A stretch of 62,725 nucleotides of DNA, counting the filler, from Choristocarpus tenellus KU-1152 (lineage: Eukaryota; Protista; Phaeophyceae): assembly GCA_964200185.2 (NCBI GenBank). It is 10 parts of 10 records of this genome, joined end to end, with 100 filler letters (N's around TTAATTAATTAA, not from the genome) between each part and the next. Parts side by side here need not be neighbours in the genome. Positions count along the whole stretch, not along the records: positions 35,432 to 41,155 come from CAXNAD020009907.1; positions 41,256 to 45,851 come from CAXNAD020013859.1; positions 45,952 to 49,116 come from CAXNAD020021830.1; positions 49,217 to 55,602 come from CAXNAD020008247.1; 6 more parts are not named here. One strand, written 5' to 3'. The position numbers were made by a program, and so were the translations under genes. The notes under the pieces were generated by a model. It saw only the letters and a program-made list of their open reading frames with translations, was not told the origin of the DNA and ran no database searches. Below are positions 37,845-51,230 of this stretch, in pieces (the stretch's first letter is position 1; the number at the start of each line of letters is the position of its first letter).

Positions 37845-38643
37845 TATTGATATCGAGCACCATTGATTGGCACAGAAGTAAACATGAATCTTGGTCTGGT
37901 ATGTTGGATAGGTGGGCTTGTTATTCTCCTTGTCCACGTCCAAAACACTATCACACAAGAAAAGTATATATACTTGACTTCTTACCTTAGTTCAAGGCAA
38001 AGTACTACACCAACGGTGTTGATTAATGTGACACTTGAGCAAACGCAATTGCGGTTTGTAGATCATCTTGGAATCGATGGTCTAGTAGCACACCCTTCGA
38101 TTCTATATTTTTATAGAAATAATAAACTGTTGCTTACTATGACCCTTGTTAACTGTTTTTGGATATGCTTTGTAACAATGTGTAGGACGGTAGTGTTTTA
38201 ACAGGTAAGGTTGTACAGGACAGCCTTTGCTGCAAGCAAAGAGGTCCCATTTAGCAAGAGTTGTTTCTGGGCACATAGGTGCCCAGGTTAATAAGTGCAC
38301 CTCACTCATATCTGCTGTTTTCCAATATATTCTTTTTGTATTGCTTTTTTAGGGTTAGGATTAGGGTTAGAGTAGATAATATGAATGGGAGTGCCCCTAT
38401 ACACTTGGGCATCTCCATGCCAGTGAAACCTTTTCTATTCATATGTCTGGGGCATCCTCTTGTATATCTCTTTTCTCCTGATGACATTATCTGCAATGGT
38501 CAGTGGGTAGGCAGATTGTCATTTCATAGTATCAACGAAGATGAAAAAAAAAATCACCGGAAACTTGAAAAATTACGGAGTAATATTTGGCCTCACCTCT
38601 GTACATCGTTCTGTTTTTAATTTTTGGCAACCTCATAATTAAT

Positions 38644-38904
38644 GAGTCAAATCAGTGCGCAGGCAGGTTCGGACCCTTTTTCAATTTTAGCCATCTTTCT
38701 TACACCGTGCAATAAAATCTCTTTCATTTCCTTACGTGTATTATAGTGTAGGCAAAATTGATATTCCCCTCTTTCCAAACACAAAGTGACATCGCAATTC
38801 AGCAAAGGTTCAATCTGTAATTAATTGTACAAAATGGCGCATTTCTTCCCTTTCTCGAGATCCTTGAAATGCAACTCTACCCTACCTCTCAATCGGTTTG
38901 GCTA
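38644..38904. mobile_element. MITE family 3, copy 1 (about 260 bp)
   Basis: Colinear with 50971-51230 (GGCAGGTT.GGACCCTTTT, CAAAATTGATATTCCCC, ATTGTACAAAATGGCGC, TCTCG.GATCCTT.AAATGC). Its right end, reverse-complemented, reads TAGCCAAACCGATTGAGAGGTAGG, resembling the left end of copy 2. Confidence 0.72.
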
Positions 38905-41139
38905 AATACCGTAGCAATCTCAAGCCAAGAGGTGGGCCCATGTCCCCCGCAACAGTGCTTACCTTTGTCTATTTCCGTCACTTTCGGAGTCGCAAAAGCT
39001 AAAGAAGGATCAACACAAGAACGCGTACCACACCCTGTAGTGGTCACCAGTCAGCGAATTTTTTTTTAAAAAGAAAATACTCCAAAGGTCAGTCCAGTGA
39101 GGAGACACGATCAGAGGATGATAAGGGCGTAGTGTCATGCCCAATAGAGAAGAAGTATGAATTGAGTAGCCTTCGACAAGCGCTAACAGGAAGAAGATAC
39201 AGGTATACAGTTCAAGTGCACAAACGTACCGATAAAATACAGGGGTCGGCCATGATCGTGGTTTTCTGGTTGGGACTGGAGTCTGTTAGATGTCATCAGT
39301 TCCATCATTCCAGTAAGACACGTTAGTGCAATGTATGTCATACTTCGAGTTGTTTTTTGCTGACTATATGTAACTGAAAGCATGATATACACAGAAATCA
39401 ATAGCCAACCATCATTTACATCACAAACTGTGGCTAGCTTGACGACTAATATGAAACCAGTATAGAGGTTAGTCGAGTCTTTCCATAGAAACATTAATGT
39501 AAGGTCCTCACCAGTATTGGAAGGATGGTAAGACATGCTCTCGGAGTTTGCACCGGATATTTATCATAAAACAAACCACGGTGGTTCGACTAAGGCGACC
39601 CTGATCGTTTTCAGATTGAAGGCGAAGATCAACAACAAATTTCAGCTTTTCTCTCCTGCCCTGGCTGGAGATACAGCACACGATTGCAATGACAGTAAGA
39701 CAATCGATTTCTTTCTCCTCAAAACATTCCCGATATTGCTAATCCTTCACGTGGCCTCTTTCTGGATGCAGTCCTCTGTCCACCTCTTCGTCTATATATA
39801 GACTTACAGCGCATATTCCTCTAATCTTCCCCTGTAACGTTCGAGTCAACCATACAAACAGGACACCCATGGTAATAGAATTCAAATTTGACGTATCACC
39901 ATGTAATCTGTATCTATATCGTTACGCTTTTCAACAGGATTTGCAACTGGAATATGTCTCTTTTGCAATCAAGTGTCATAAAAATACAGATTTGTAGGAC
40001 TAGAGAGGTAAGAACAAAAATATCTGTTCTATTTTCTCCTCCTACCATGCAATACAATCCAACATACATTTCTGGTCAACTTTTTGTGGTCTCTCTACAT
40101 AACGTCAATGAACAAAGAACATTATATTTTCTACTGTGTCGTTAACTGATTTGATTGACGAGTGAGTGATCGATCATTTTTGTTATCGGATATTAGTTCA
40201 ATCCATCATAACTAATGTTCAAATATATGGCAGATGTTGTTCGAATGAGGAACATTGAACAGATGATAGGTATTAGAAATGTACTCACTCCCATTTCTAA
40301 AGTGACCATTTCTAGTTTTATTTTTCGATTTCAGCAAGACACAACAACCAACATGATTGGAAGTTAGAAAGGTAGTCCAAACATAAACCACAAAAAATAT
40401 GTAGATGACAAAAACCAATACAGGAACCAAAGGACAGAGGAGGGCATACTAACATTTTTGTCATGAAAGTGGATTATTAGTAGGACCTAGTTGCCCCAAT
40501 CAAAAATCCAGTTTTGTTGTCCTCGCAAACGTGGATTGTTAGTACGGTCCAGCCAATTCAGTCATGGGTATCAAATCCAATTATCAAACTATTTGATATT
40601 ATATTTCTCACTTTATAGATACCCTATCGAAAGATCCATTTTTTATATTTGATATTGGTTTGATATTATTAGAGGTCCTTTCACCCAATGCAAGAAATAA
40701 CCCTCTACCACTTGTCATACGAGTGTAAGAGTTGAGTCAAGTAAGGTGAAAAACAGGTAAAATAGTATTTTTCGGAATGTTGTTCAAAAATATACCTATC
40801 AAGTTGATCGCTCAGGTAGGGTCTACAGTCAGTGCGTGTCGGGGTGTAAGAACAAGGCGAACAGAAACAAGAGAAACTAAAATGCGATGTACCGCTCTAC
40901 CCTCTAAGCATGTTATGCAGATAGAGAACTTACGGCCGGTCAGAAGAGGTGGCACAAACACTGCACAAGGGGCTGTGTTTGTCTCCACTATCACTTTGGT
41001 TTCCTGCTACCTATTATGCCTTCCACACTCAAACACCAAAGCTATCCCCACAAGAGCGCAGCACCACAGTGCAATGAACTATATCCTAAAGAGATGGTTG
41101 CGCTTGGCGTTCCCAGCAGAGGAAAACAAATGTTCAGAT

Positions 41140-41155
41140 GACCCAAAGTATCTGG
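41140..41155. mobile_element. MITE family 1 terminus at contig end
   Basis: GACCCAAAGTATCTGG immediately before the linker. Confidence 0.7.
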
Positions 41156-41255
41156 NNNNNNNNNNNNNNNNNNNNNNNNNNNNNNNNNNNNNNNNNNNNT
41201 TAATTAATTAANNNNNNNNNNNNNNNNNNNNNNNNNNNNNNNNNNNNNNNNNNNN

Positions 41256-41903
41256 GTGTTGGGTAGCGGTAGCCTTGGGTTGGATCTTGGTGTGGGACAG
41301 GGGGGGTCCACTTTTGGAATGGGTCTTGGACCAGGGTCTCCAGTGGTGGGGGATGGGTTGTCTAGGCGAGGGTCGCGATCGAGGCTAACAGAGGTGCATG
41401 GGAAGGAGAAGCAGCAGCTGCAGCAGTCAGCAGTAATGGGGTCATCGCGGGTTAGCTTTGGGATGGGACCGTTGCCTGTTGAGGGGGAGGGTGAAGAGGA
41501 GGTGGGGGAAGAGGAAAGGGAGGGGGGAGAGACAGTGACCGTTTCGGCATTGATAGAGGAGGAGGCAGTGATGGGGCAAGGTTCTGGAGAGCAATCGGGG
41601 ACAGAGGTGTGGAACAGTGGTTGGGAGGGTGAGGATTGGAATAGCAGTCACAGGGCAGAATCCCCGTCAGCCTCCTCGGAGAAGTCATTTGCCTCTGTGT
41701 CAGCAGTTTATGAGGGTACGATGGGGCGTGCACAACGGGGTGAAGAACCAACGGGGGATGCCACTGCACCGGCGCCAGGAAGGATTGCACTTTCAACAGA
41801 TAGCCTCATTGTTGCTGCTGACAGTCTGGGCATGGTCCGCATCTTTGCAAAGATGGACGTGCTGCCTTTGTTTGGCTTCTCTGGAGCAGAGGGGGGGGAC
41901 TGA
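41256..41903 (+). CDS. Terminal exon of a WD40 protein, WDR44-like
   Basis: 215-aa open frame from the contig start: a Gly/Ser/Glu low-complexity insert, then LIVAADSLGMVRIFAK, resembling the last blade (IVTADxxGxIRVF) of WDR44-type proteins, then a stop. Confidence 0.55.
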   Translation: MLGSGSLGLDLGVGQGGSTFGMGLGPGSPVVGDGLSRRGSRSRLTEVHGKEKQQLQQSAVMGSSRVSFGMGPLPVEGEGEEEVGEEEREGGETVTVSALIEEEAVMGQGSGEQSGTEVWNSGWEGEDWNSSHRAESPSASSEKSFASVSAVYEGTMGRAQRGEEPTGDATAPAPGRIALSTDSLIVAADSLGMVRIFAKMDVLPLFGFSGAEGGD

Positions 41904-42785
41904 TTGATGTTACATCTGCTGCTGTAGCTGCTTCTTGTTGGGGGTGCTCTTTGGGTCAGAGGGGGGAAGGGTTGAAGGCGTCGGCAGCGTTGTGTGGCAG
42001 TGCTACACGGTGTATTGTATTATATTTTATTTTCTGTAGTTGAAGTGTTGTGGTCTGTAATTGATGGTATATGTGATTTTGTGAATGCATGGTGATGATG
42101 CCTGTCCAATGATATTCGTCCTGGTCACACACAAACACGCATTTGTGCCTTCACACACCGCCTCCCTCGCAGCACCCAACGGCACTCTCCATTCTGTTTG
42201 TAGTCTTGTTTACTTAGGCCTATTCTTTATAGTAAGGGCTCTTTACGTTTTCCCAACAACTTTCTGATTGTGTTTTCCAACACAGCATCAAAGAGGCTGC
42301 TGGTTTTATTTGAACTTTCTAATTGTGCCAGAGTTTGAGTGATACGTCAGTGCAGTGGTCATATGTAGGGGGTGAAGGAGAGATAGTGGTGGGGATGAAG
42401 GGGTAGTGTATTATGTTTTGCTTGATTTGACGATTATGCTTGCCTCAGGTGCGAGCTCTTTTTAAATTTTATTTTGCTGGATCAAGCGGATTCATTGATG
42501 TCCTAAGGTGGACTGGACTGCTTTTTGTACCACAGTACTGTTGTTGCAGTTAGAGCACAATGTGTATCATACCGGATGGAAATGTTGCTTGGCAGCACCA
42601 ATGAGGATCGTGGCATCATGACTGTTTCGGGTGGGGGGAGGGGGGGGGGGGGGGGGGGGGGGGGGACGGGCTCCCCACAAATTCTTTTTTTTTTTTTTCA
42701 ACAAAAAAAACCCACAACAAAANNNNNNNNNNGCTAGTGGTGGGGGGAGGGGGGGGGGGGCGGGGGGGTGGGGGGTGGGGGGGGT

Positions 42786-42828
<43 letters not shown>

Positions 42829-45039
42829 AACATTGGACTCACTAAAGTCTATTTGCTATCTATTGACCAAGTAAAGACCTGGCAAAAATGCCTTTCATTT
42901 CCCTTGTCCTTGCAATCATTACTCTTTCTTGTGTGTTTGTGTGTGTGTGTGCGTTTTTTTTAATATTGATTACATTTGTGACTCTTGTGGTGGTGAAAAC
43001 CAGAGAGGAGGAAGCCCTGTGTTTTTGGTGTGTTACATATGGTCTGTCTGTGTGGGAAGGTGGTCAGGTACATGGTGCATACAGTCCTTACTTGTGGAAT
43101 CAATGGCCACCCACCCTTGATAATATGATGCCCTTCTTTGGACACTGTCGTTGACTGCTGTGATTTAGTTTGTGATGCACAGTCTCAGTTTCAGCCACTG
43201 CAGTTGAGAGGTAGGTAGGGTGGTGTGTGATGTGTTGAAACTAGCGGGGATAGTGATTTTTCACAGGCGTGCTGTTTACGAGGTCGTTGCAAGCAACACA
43301 CAGAACAATGGGAAAGAATATTCTTGACAGGGTGGGGGTGGGGTGGGAAGGGGGGGGAGGGAGGTATCGTGCTGCCCAGTACTTGTTATTCTTTCTTTGC
43401 TGTTGTGAGTGTACTGTGTGTGATATGTGTTTGGAAGGTTGGATGCGAGGATGTGGTGTATGGAGTGTTGGTTTTTATTTGAGTTCTAGTGGTTGCAGTT
43501 GAGCATGCTTGGGTGTGAAGGAAGGTGTATGACCCAACCAGACTGAGCTTGTTGACTGTTGGGCTACGATCAGATGATATAGGGGAGTTTGTGAGGAGGG
43601 GGAGGGGAAGAAGGGGCAGGAGAGGATACAGCACAGTTGTAGGGGTATTTTTTTGCTGGCCAACTGCCTCTCCTTGCCTTGCTTTATGCTTTATTCTATT
43701 CTTTTGGTTACTATTGGTCTGATGGCTTTAGTGGGTATATCTTTGTTGTTATCATAGGACTGCTGGAAATATTTCTTGAAATAGTTCACCACCTATGGGC
43801 AGCAACTGATGCAAACTTAAGAAGTATGCTATGCAGCTGCTGAACCATTTAATATAGTTGATGTTGACTACCATACTACAAGGGGTAGTACTCGGGATGT
43901 TGTTAAGGGGCAGTTGTTGGGGTTGCTCAGTAGTGGGCAGCACGCACACAGAATGTATGTGGAAGAGGAGTGAGAGGGGCGGGGAATTAGCAGGGGTCCC
44001 TTAAGTCCAGAGAGCACAGAAGATACAAGTCTCTGATTGGTACACTCAATAGTATTGTTGTTGTGATGTATTTTTCTTTGGCAGTGATTGGTCATACCCT
44101 TTTCTTATTGCTTGCTTCAACCCTCTGATCTGCACGACATCGTCCTGAGTAATGAATGATAGTAATGGTGTATTATTAGTAACGATATTAATTCAAGAGG
44201 AGAAGATAAACAGAGGAGTTGAGGAGTCAATGGTAGTGGCAGTGATGATACTGCTGATTAAATCCTTCCTGAAGTCAGTGACTGCCAGTGCTGTTTGTGG
44301 TGTGAGGGTGCGTGCTTCTGCATGTGGTCATTTCTGTGCTTGTTGAAGAAATTTGAACACCTTCTTCAGCACCTGCAGGCCGTGTGAGCAGTCAGTCCAT
44401 CTTGCACATAGATGCCGCTGAATAATGAAGACTGGCGCAATATCATTGGTACATTGGACACCTTGTAATGTAATTTGTCACGGACAGGTCCCAGTGGGAG
44501 ATGATTCGATCCATATACCAGTTTCACGCGTGTACTCAAATGATGATTACCAGGCACAAGACAGTTTTTCTTTTTGTGTATGGATGGCGTGGAGATCGCT
44601 CCCAACCATTGGAGGAGATGCTTCTCTTGAAAGCATTCAGGACACTTCCGATCAAAGTGTCAAAAGAGTGTGGTTGGTATCTGTGAGACTGCTCTGAAAT
44701 TCCCGTATCTCGAATCAGCTGAAGGTGCTCGTAGATCCGTCAGGTGTGGAGGACATTGAAATGTTCATCTCGCCCTCACAACCTCAATGATGCTTTGCCA
44801 TATATTTTTTAGTCTGTCTTCTATTGCTACTCTTCTTTGTTGACAGAACCCCTGCCAGTGGTTCTGACTGCCCCCCCCCCTCTCCCCCCGTTGTCAATCA
44901 AGGCACTCGCCTCACACAAGTCAGGAGCAGTTGGTGGTCATGCTGATAACAGTAAAAGTATGTATGTAATGATGTAATGTACTTACTTCATTCAAAGTGT
45001 AAACACATTTAATTGTAATGATGGATGACATAGACTCTT

Positions 45040-45171
45040 CTTGGTGCTACATCAATAATAATAATAATATTATGTACTTGGTGCTACATCAATAATAATA
45101 ATAATAATAATAATATGTACTTGGTGCTACATCAATAATAATAATAATAATAATAATATGTACTTGGTGCT
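45040..45171. repeat. Minisatellite CTTGGTGCTACATC-(AAT)n-ATGTA, 3 copies plus a partial
   Basis: Unit starts at 45040, 45077, 45120 and 45163 (periods 37, 43, 43). Confidence 0.92.
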
Positions 45172-46189
45172 CCGTTATCGCTACAACTATCATTAATAAT
45201 CAATAAAATACTTTTGTGGGACATTTCAATCGAGAATTCTTATCTCACGATGTCAATAATAGAACAGGCCCCCCTCAGGGAGTTGAGGGTGTACATCAGA
45301 GAGAGAGGCACAGAGGAGAGGAGGTAGCGTGGCATCACTCCTTGGGTCTGTGCGGGTGGGATGAGATCATGTTGAATTCAAGGTGTATTGAAATATGACC
45401 TACATCCGAATAATTTGTATTGATATTGATATTGCTTTCTACTATGTGTCCAAGGACCAGAGAGAGGTGGTGGCGGTGGTACTGGCAACATATGGACAGG
45501 CGAAAGGAGAAAAAAATTGGTACAACATAAAAAAAAAGAACTTCCAATTCATTTTTTAAGCAAAAGAATACCAAAAAGAATTGTTGAACCTACATGAAAT
45601 TTCTGTACGATGTTCCTCTCCCATTCTAAGAAATGGGTCGCGTTGGTTTCAAAATGGAGAATGAATGATAAAAGTTGCTGCTGCTGCTGCTGCTGCGAGT
45701 ATTTTGTGTATGTGTGGCAATTGTGCCCAACTTTTCCGTTGCTGGCATCTTTTTTATTTGCACCCGCAAGAAACAAAAGAACAAATAATGTGATTGAAGT
45801 AAAAAAAAATAGGGGGGGGGGGGGGGGGGCGGGGTTTTCAACCACCCCCCCNNNNNNNNNNNNNNNNNNNNNNNNNNNNNNNNNNNNNNNNNNNNTTAAT
45901 TAATTAANNNNNNNNNNNNNNNNNNNNNNNNNNNNNNNNNNNNNNNNNNNNTCAGTCAACCACATCATTTTTTTTTACCCTTTGGGGTTGTTGTCTTCAA
46001 AATTGCACTGGGTATGCCCCCCCCCCGTTTTTTTTTCCATTCTTTGATCGGGCATAGGTCCCGTTCACTGGCGTTAGTACATTCCTGCATACAAATCTTC
46101 ATCTTCAACACCTCTTGTCATAAGCTTTCATTTGATATATATATTGTTGTATACTTCTTGTGGCAATACAGTGAAAAAAAGCAAGATTG

Positions 46190-47030
46190 TCAGAGAGATA
46201 TAAGCTATTGGTACCACTTAACCATGCATGCAACCACTGGTCATCACACAGCACAAGGAGGAACACCACGACCTCAATGAAATTGTCGACAGTACCACTG
46301 GACTCAAGTTCGTTCCAGACATCTGGCGGTCTGACAATGGGTCAGTGTTAAGGAATCATGATGGTCACCAAGCAATCAACAAACAGGTCTCCATCCTTTT
46401 GGACATTCCAATTCCCCAAATACCAAGTCAAATCCAGTCCTCAGCAGTTCACACGTCACTCCTATACATAGTAAATTGCGATGAGAAGAGATAAACTATG
46501 TTTTGGCAGTACAGTTTGCCGCGCCTTCCAAAAGAACTTAACCACATCTGCCAACCCTCAGGAAGTAGCCGAGGCGAGAGGTGTAATCAGTCCAATCTCG
46601 TAGTTGCAGATCTTCACTATACATACTCCGTCAAACTTCCCGTGGTCGTGGTTGCATTTCGCACTGCCCTAGTCTCAAGTAGTTCCGCATCACATCCGCA
46701 TGACCTCCATGAGCAGAAAAATGGAATAGATTTTGACTTCGCAAGTTCGTCACAGTCAGGTCCATCCCAGCACCCAGAATAAGCTGATAAACTCCAGCCT
46801 AAACCACAAATAGGGCCGAAGCAAAGATTGGTGGGGACCCTGGCATTATGATATCATCTACCATCCCAATCCGCGGGCATGTGCTGCCACCAACCTTTGT
46901 GTTCAATGCATCAGTATCCCTCCTAGGGAGGAAGAAATATCGCCGCAACACCACCATCCACCCATACGTCGTATTCTTCCCATTAATGAATGGTTCGAGA
47001 GGTGCCCTATGTGGCCGTGGAGGGTAGTTC
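46190..47030 (-). pseudogene. Ankyrin-repeat pseudogene
   Basis: - strand: GSPPIFASALF..AGVYQLILGAGMDLTVTNLRSQNLFHFSAHGGHADVM, and ITPLASATS*GLADVVKF(LLEGAAN after a frameshift). Multiple stops and frameshifts. Confidence 0.6.
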
Positions 47031-50000
47031 TATTTTGTGTTGACATTGAGATCACAACAGCCATCTGCCCCTCGAAATAGGAAGAAACTAGAGTTAGGTA
47101 GATGGTATTGTATGTATTTATTATACAACACTTCAAATACAAAGTCAAACTATTTAAATGTAATGTTAGTGTACATATATACAACAACGACCGCCCGTCC
47201 GTCCACTTTATTCATGACAAAGAAAGTTGGACCAAGAAGATGGGAGCAGATAAAAGGTAAGGGTTGGAAGACACCGTGCTGGAGTTGTTTCTAGTGCTGG
47301 GCGTTCAGGTGTTTGCCAAGAAAGAAGGATGCTAGAAAACGTGTAAGGTTTCGTTAAGGTGGGGAGTGCTATTGGAAGTTGCAAGTATGACTCAGCTCGC
47401 CAGGTTTGCCGCTGTTGCTGTCAGGCCTATTTCTACCCAGATTGGACTCAAGGCCGCGGGCGAGACCGGTCTTCTCTTTTCAGCAGGTATGTGCGGAATG
47501 CCAGAAATTTTTATGCTAAGTATGCCTTACTATCCCCGGTAGCCTGGTTTACTGCCATGACGTAGGCGTTAGGAGGAAGTTGGATGTAAGGGTTCTCACT
47601 CAAGAAACTATTGTAGGTGGCTTGATCTTTTGACTTTGGATGGTGTTCGCATCCGTTTCTGTTCCAAGGAAGTGGAAAGATTGGCAATTTGTTATACTCT
47701 GAGCCTGAAACATCGGAAGTTGTGGCCTGAGCTTCAAGGGAGGTGGCTGGATATACAGGGGTGTGCGCAGTGTGCGATGGAGTCCACAATGATTTGATTT
47801 ACGGTTTTCGCCAGTTCGGACATTTCTACAGAATACGGTTTGTTTGACCCTTCTTCTTTGCACAGCTGAATCTTGTTAGACCCATTCCATCCTAGCTCCA
47901 GAACGTAGTACCAAAGTTGCCGGTATTAAGCTGTTGAGAACGTTAGGCGAACGGGCAGCAAGCATTTTGTTGCATTTGAAGGATCTCTTATCCCATCTCT
48001 CATCTCTTTCACGTCCCCTAAAATTGCAGGTCTTTACCCTCCCTCCCCTTTTCGTTGCTTCCCTTGCTTGTGCTGTTAATGAGCACGATCTGGGTACACA
48101 AAGCAGGCTATTCTCGTTGTTGGGTGGTTTTATGTAAAGTACCGCTCTACAATTTTTTTCTACGGCTGACTTGTACAAAAAAAAAATGCTACTGCAGGTG
48201 TCATAGGAGGCATTAATCTTGTTGGATTTGGCATCACAGCCTCCCTGAAAACACACAAGATCACCGACCTTGTTGGAACTGGAGCGTTTGTTGCGTCCTC
48301 TGCTGCCTGCGCATGGTGTGTACGTGTACGTGCCCGCGTTTTTTCGTGCACCTTTGTCCTCTCTTTTTTCCTCGCTTTCACACACTCCGTACTATACAGA
48401 TATCTCATACATCCAAGTAAAGTGTTTGTCTGTTTCTTGCTGAAAGTGACAGAACTTTCGTGTTTGTTTTTGAAGTTTTGATAATATTTTCTGGGAGGCT
48501 TTCAACACACAGTTTTGAGCACGACTTTTAAAAAGAAACTACTGCTTGTGAATCGGAACGTAAATCAGTTATGATTTCAAGTTCAACTCCCTAGGAAGAT
48601 TTCGGTGTACTCGATTTTAATCGAAACGTACATGCGGCGAACGAATTGAGGCGCACGAAACTTCCAGATTCGCCGGAATCCGAGAGCAAATCGCGCAGAG
48701 TGCACACGCGCGATGAAAAAACTCTTAAGAAATTTCCTCTATTTTTTTCGATCAAGTATTTAATTGATCGTAGCAATTAAAAAACACCAGTTACTATGGA
48801 TTAGAACATTAGAAATCCACACCGTAGTCCATTCCCGACAGAGGCAATATGAAACACTTGAATTTTATGGTGTGTACAAAATTGTACCATTCTATGTGAA
48901 GATACTATAAACAGAAGAGGTGAATACAAATGTGGTCAGCTCCAGAAGGTCATTGTTAGCACCATGTACTGCCTCCATAGAGTGCAGGAAATCATAACCC
49001 GCATCGTGAAGAACGTTTCTAAGTATTATTAGTATTATTATTGTGGAAGTGTCAAGGGTGCCAAGTTCTTTTTTGCTCAAGGGGGCAATCACAATCACCG
49101 GACTGAACTCTTTCACNNNNNNNNNNNNNNNNNNNNNNNNNNNNNNNNNNNNNNNNNNNNTTAATTAATTAANNNNNNNNNNNNNNNNNNNNNNNNNNNN
49201 NNNNNNNNNNNNNNNNTTTTTTTCTAGGAGCGGGGGTCGTTGAATGTGGGGTTCTAGGGTGGGTGCGTGTTGCCTCCCACCCTCCCCCCCCCCCCCCCCC
49301 CCCCCCCTCCGTATACTTTGTCACATGTGGTCCATTCTAAATAGAGTACATAATCTATGTATGCATGGTAAACTTTTACCTGTGTAGTATCCAGACTATG
49401 ATGAGGTAGGGTCGTGTTGACCCTTGTTAACATACCTTATATATATTGGTTGACCCCTAGTGCTCTTTAACATCATTTGGAAGACGAAAGGGAGACTGGG
49501 AGGTTTGTCTGGCCCACAAAGGAGATACTCATTACCCCTTGCTATTGCAAATCCATCTGTGGCACCTCTCATCTTGCAGCATCACAGCCTGTGCATGTCT
49601 TCTTGTGCCCGCGTCTTCCTCTGCATCTTCTTATCGACCTCCGTACTCTCTTTTCCAGGCACATTTTTTCGGGGAAAGGATCTCTAAGGAGATCAATCTA
49701 TTGGTTCCTGAGCTACGATGCGATGGATGGAGCTGTTTCACAAGAAGCAGAGAACCCCGTTGGACAACAGTTCACCTCCAACATACCAAGTTGTGCAGTA
49801 AAACCAACCCTTCTACAACACACAGAGCCCTTCAGCTAGGCAAACCCCCTTTCCCACCTTCATAGCGAAGAGTAATTACTGTATATACATGCTGGTAGTG
49901 GGGAAAACCACTGAGGGACAAATCTTCGTAATCAATAGGGTTAGGGACAGGGCTGTCGCTGGACACGCTCCTGCTCTGTCTTCCGCAAGCAACACTGTTG

Positions 50001-50129
50001 GTGTCTCCATCGACTCTCTTATGCTTCCTGCCAACATCCGTAGCGTGAAACATTCCAGACTCCTCCATGGAGTAATTTGTTAGTGTAGTTATTATACGCT
50101 TTCAAGTATGTGGATTGGTGTATGTGAAG

Positions 50130-50535
50130 ACTCTCGAATGGAGATATTATCACATAAATCATCTATACAAGCTCCAAAGTCCAGGCACTAGTGTCATCCA
50201 TCCACACCCTCCTTTCATCAGGAGTCCCTCTGAAACACTTGGCGGGAATTATTGGCCAAGACTAGACAGTCTGAGGAGGATAAACAACCCCTACCCCTGT
50301 CTTGGAGGTCCACACTCTAGCAACCCGTGACCCCAGCATCACAAGGAGGGCTCAACATGAGATCATCGGCCTCCTGATCTGGGATCCGTCTCGACTCTTT
50401 CCAGATGCAATTGGCCAACCCCCCGAACAATGCAGAACAAGGGAGGGAGAGTTTGTTTCACCAGCCCTGGTCAGCAACCAGAACCAGTATGGACAAGGGG
50501 CAAATGCATGGGCCTCCACACAGTATGGACAGGGT
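50130..50535 (+). mobile_element. Fragment of the same RLE non-LTR family, region just upstream of the zinc knuckle
   Basis: CAGTATGGACAAGGGGCAAATGCATGGGCCTCCACACAG (about 50485-50523) matches the reverse complement of about 56920-56960; peptide AQHEI...QYGQGANAWAST. Confidence 0.55.
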
Positions 50536-50666
50536 ACATACCCGAGAGGGATACAAAGGACCATCACTGGTACGATTGTTTACTTCCAAGACTATATATT
50601 TTCAGTTAACTGTGAGTGAGCTTGCGGGCGAGCCTACAAGCGAGGATGAGAACCGATACTGGAAAC

Positions 50667-50679
50667 AGAGACAGAGACA

Positions 50680-50714
<35 letters not shown>

Positions 50715-50718
50715 ATAC
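50667..50718. repeat. (CAGA)n microsatellite
   Basis: Direct reading. Confidence 0.85.
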
Positions 50719-50970
50719 ATAGATGAACGGACAGGCGGGAATTAGTTGGTTATACACCGTACGTACGTGAGAGGTGCTCAAAAAGTTTGTTAAGGGTCTC
50801 TTTGAGGAGTGATATTTCAATACTTTGTAGTACTACCAGGGAAGTGATAGGTGTGAAAACTTTCTTCTTAGGCTGTTTTTAATTATTATTTTGAGAGGCA
50901 AAACTTCAGTTTGTACGCCACTCTTCACTGCATCACGAGTGAAGTCCTCAAAATCTTTCAACACTATCTT

Positions 50971-51230
50971 GAGCCAAATCAATTGAAAGGTAGGCAGGTT
51001 TGGACCCTTTTGTAATCTAAGCCATCGTTCTTACCCTGCACAATACACTCTATTTCATTGTGCAATGCGCTCAATAGTGCACACAAAATTGATATTCCCC
51101 CTTTAATACACAAAAGTCACACCACAATCAAGAAAAGGTTCTCTCTGCAATTGTACAAAATGGCGCCTTTTCCCCCCTTCTCGGGATCCTTAAAATGCTA
51201 ACCTGCTTGATCTCTCAATTTGTTTCATTG
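50971..51230. mobile_element. MITE family 3, copy 2
   Basis: Starts GAGCCAAATCAATTGAAAGGTAGGCAGGTT; the far end AACCTGCTTGATCTCTCAATTTGTTTC is a degenerate inverted copy. Homologous to 38644-38904. Confidence 0.72.

Noticed and set aside
37553-37990. Recurrent peptide PKYLGGGG in several ORFs
   Set aside because: Translation of the MITE family 1 TIR, not a protein motif.
42567-42963. Poly-Pro/poly-Gly ORFs (also near 3583, 45549-45903, 55225-55654)
   Set aside because: Homopolymer G/C tracts beside gaps; low-quality or non-coding.
45040-45171. CRISPR array
   Set aside because: Spacers are only (AAT)n, there are no cas genes, and the context is eukaryotic.
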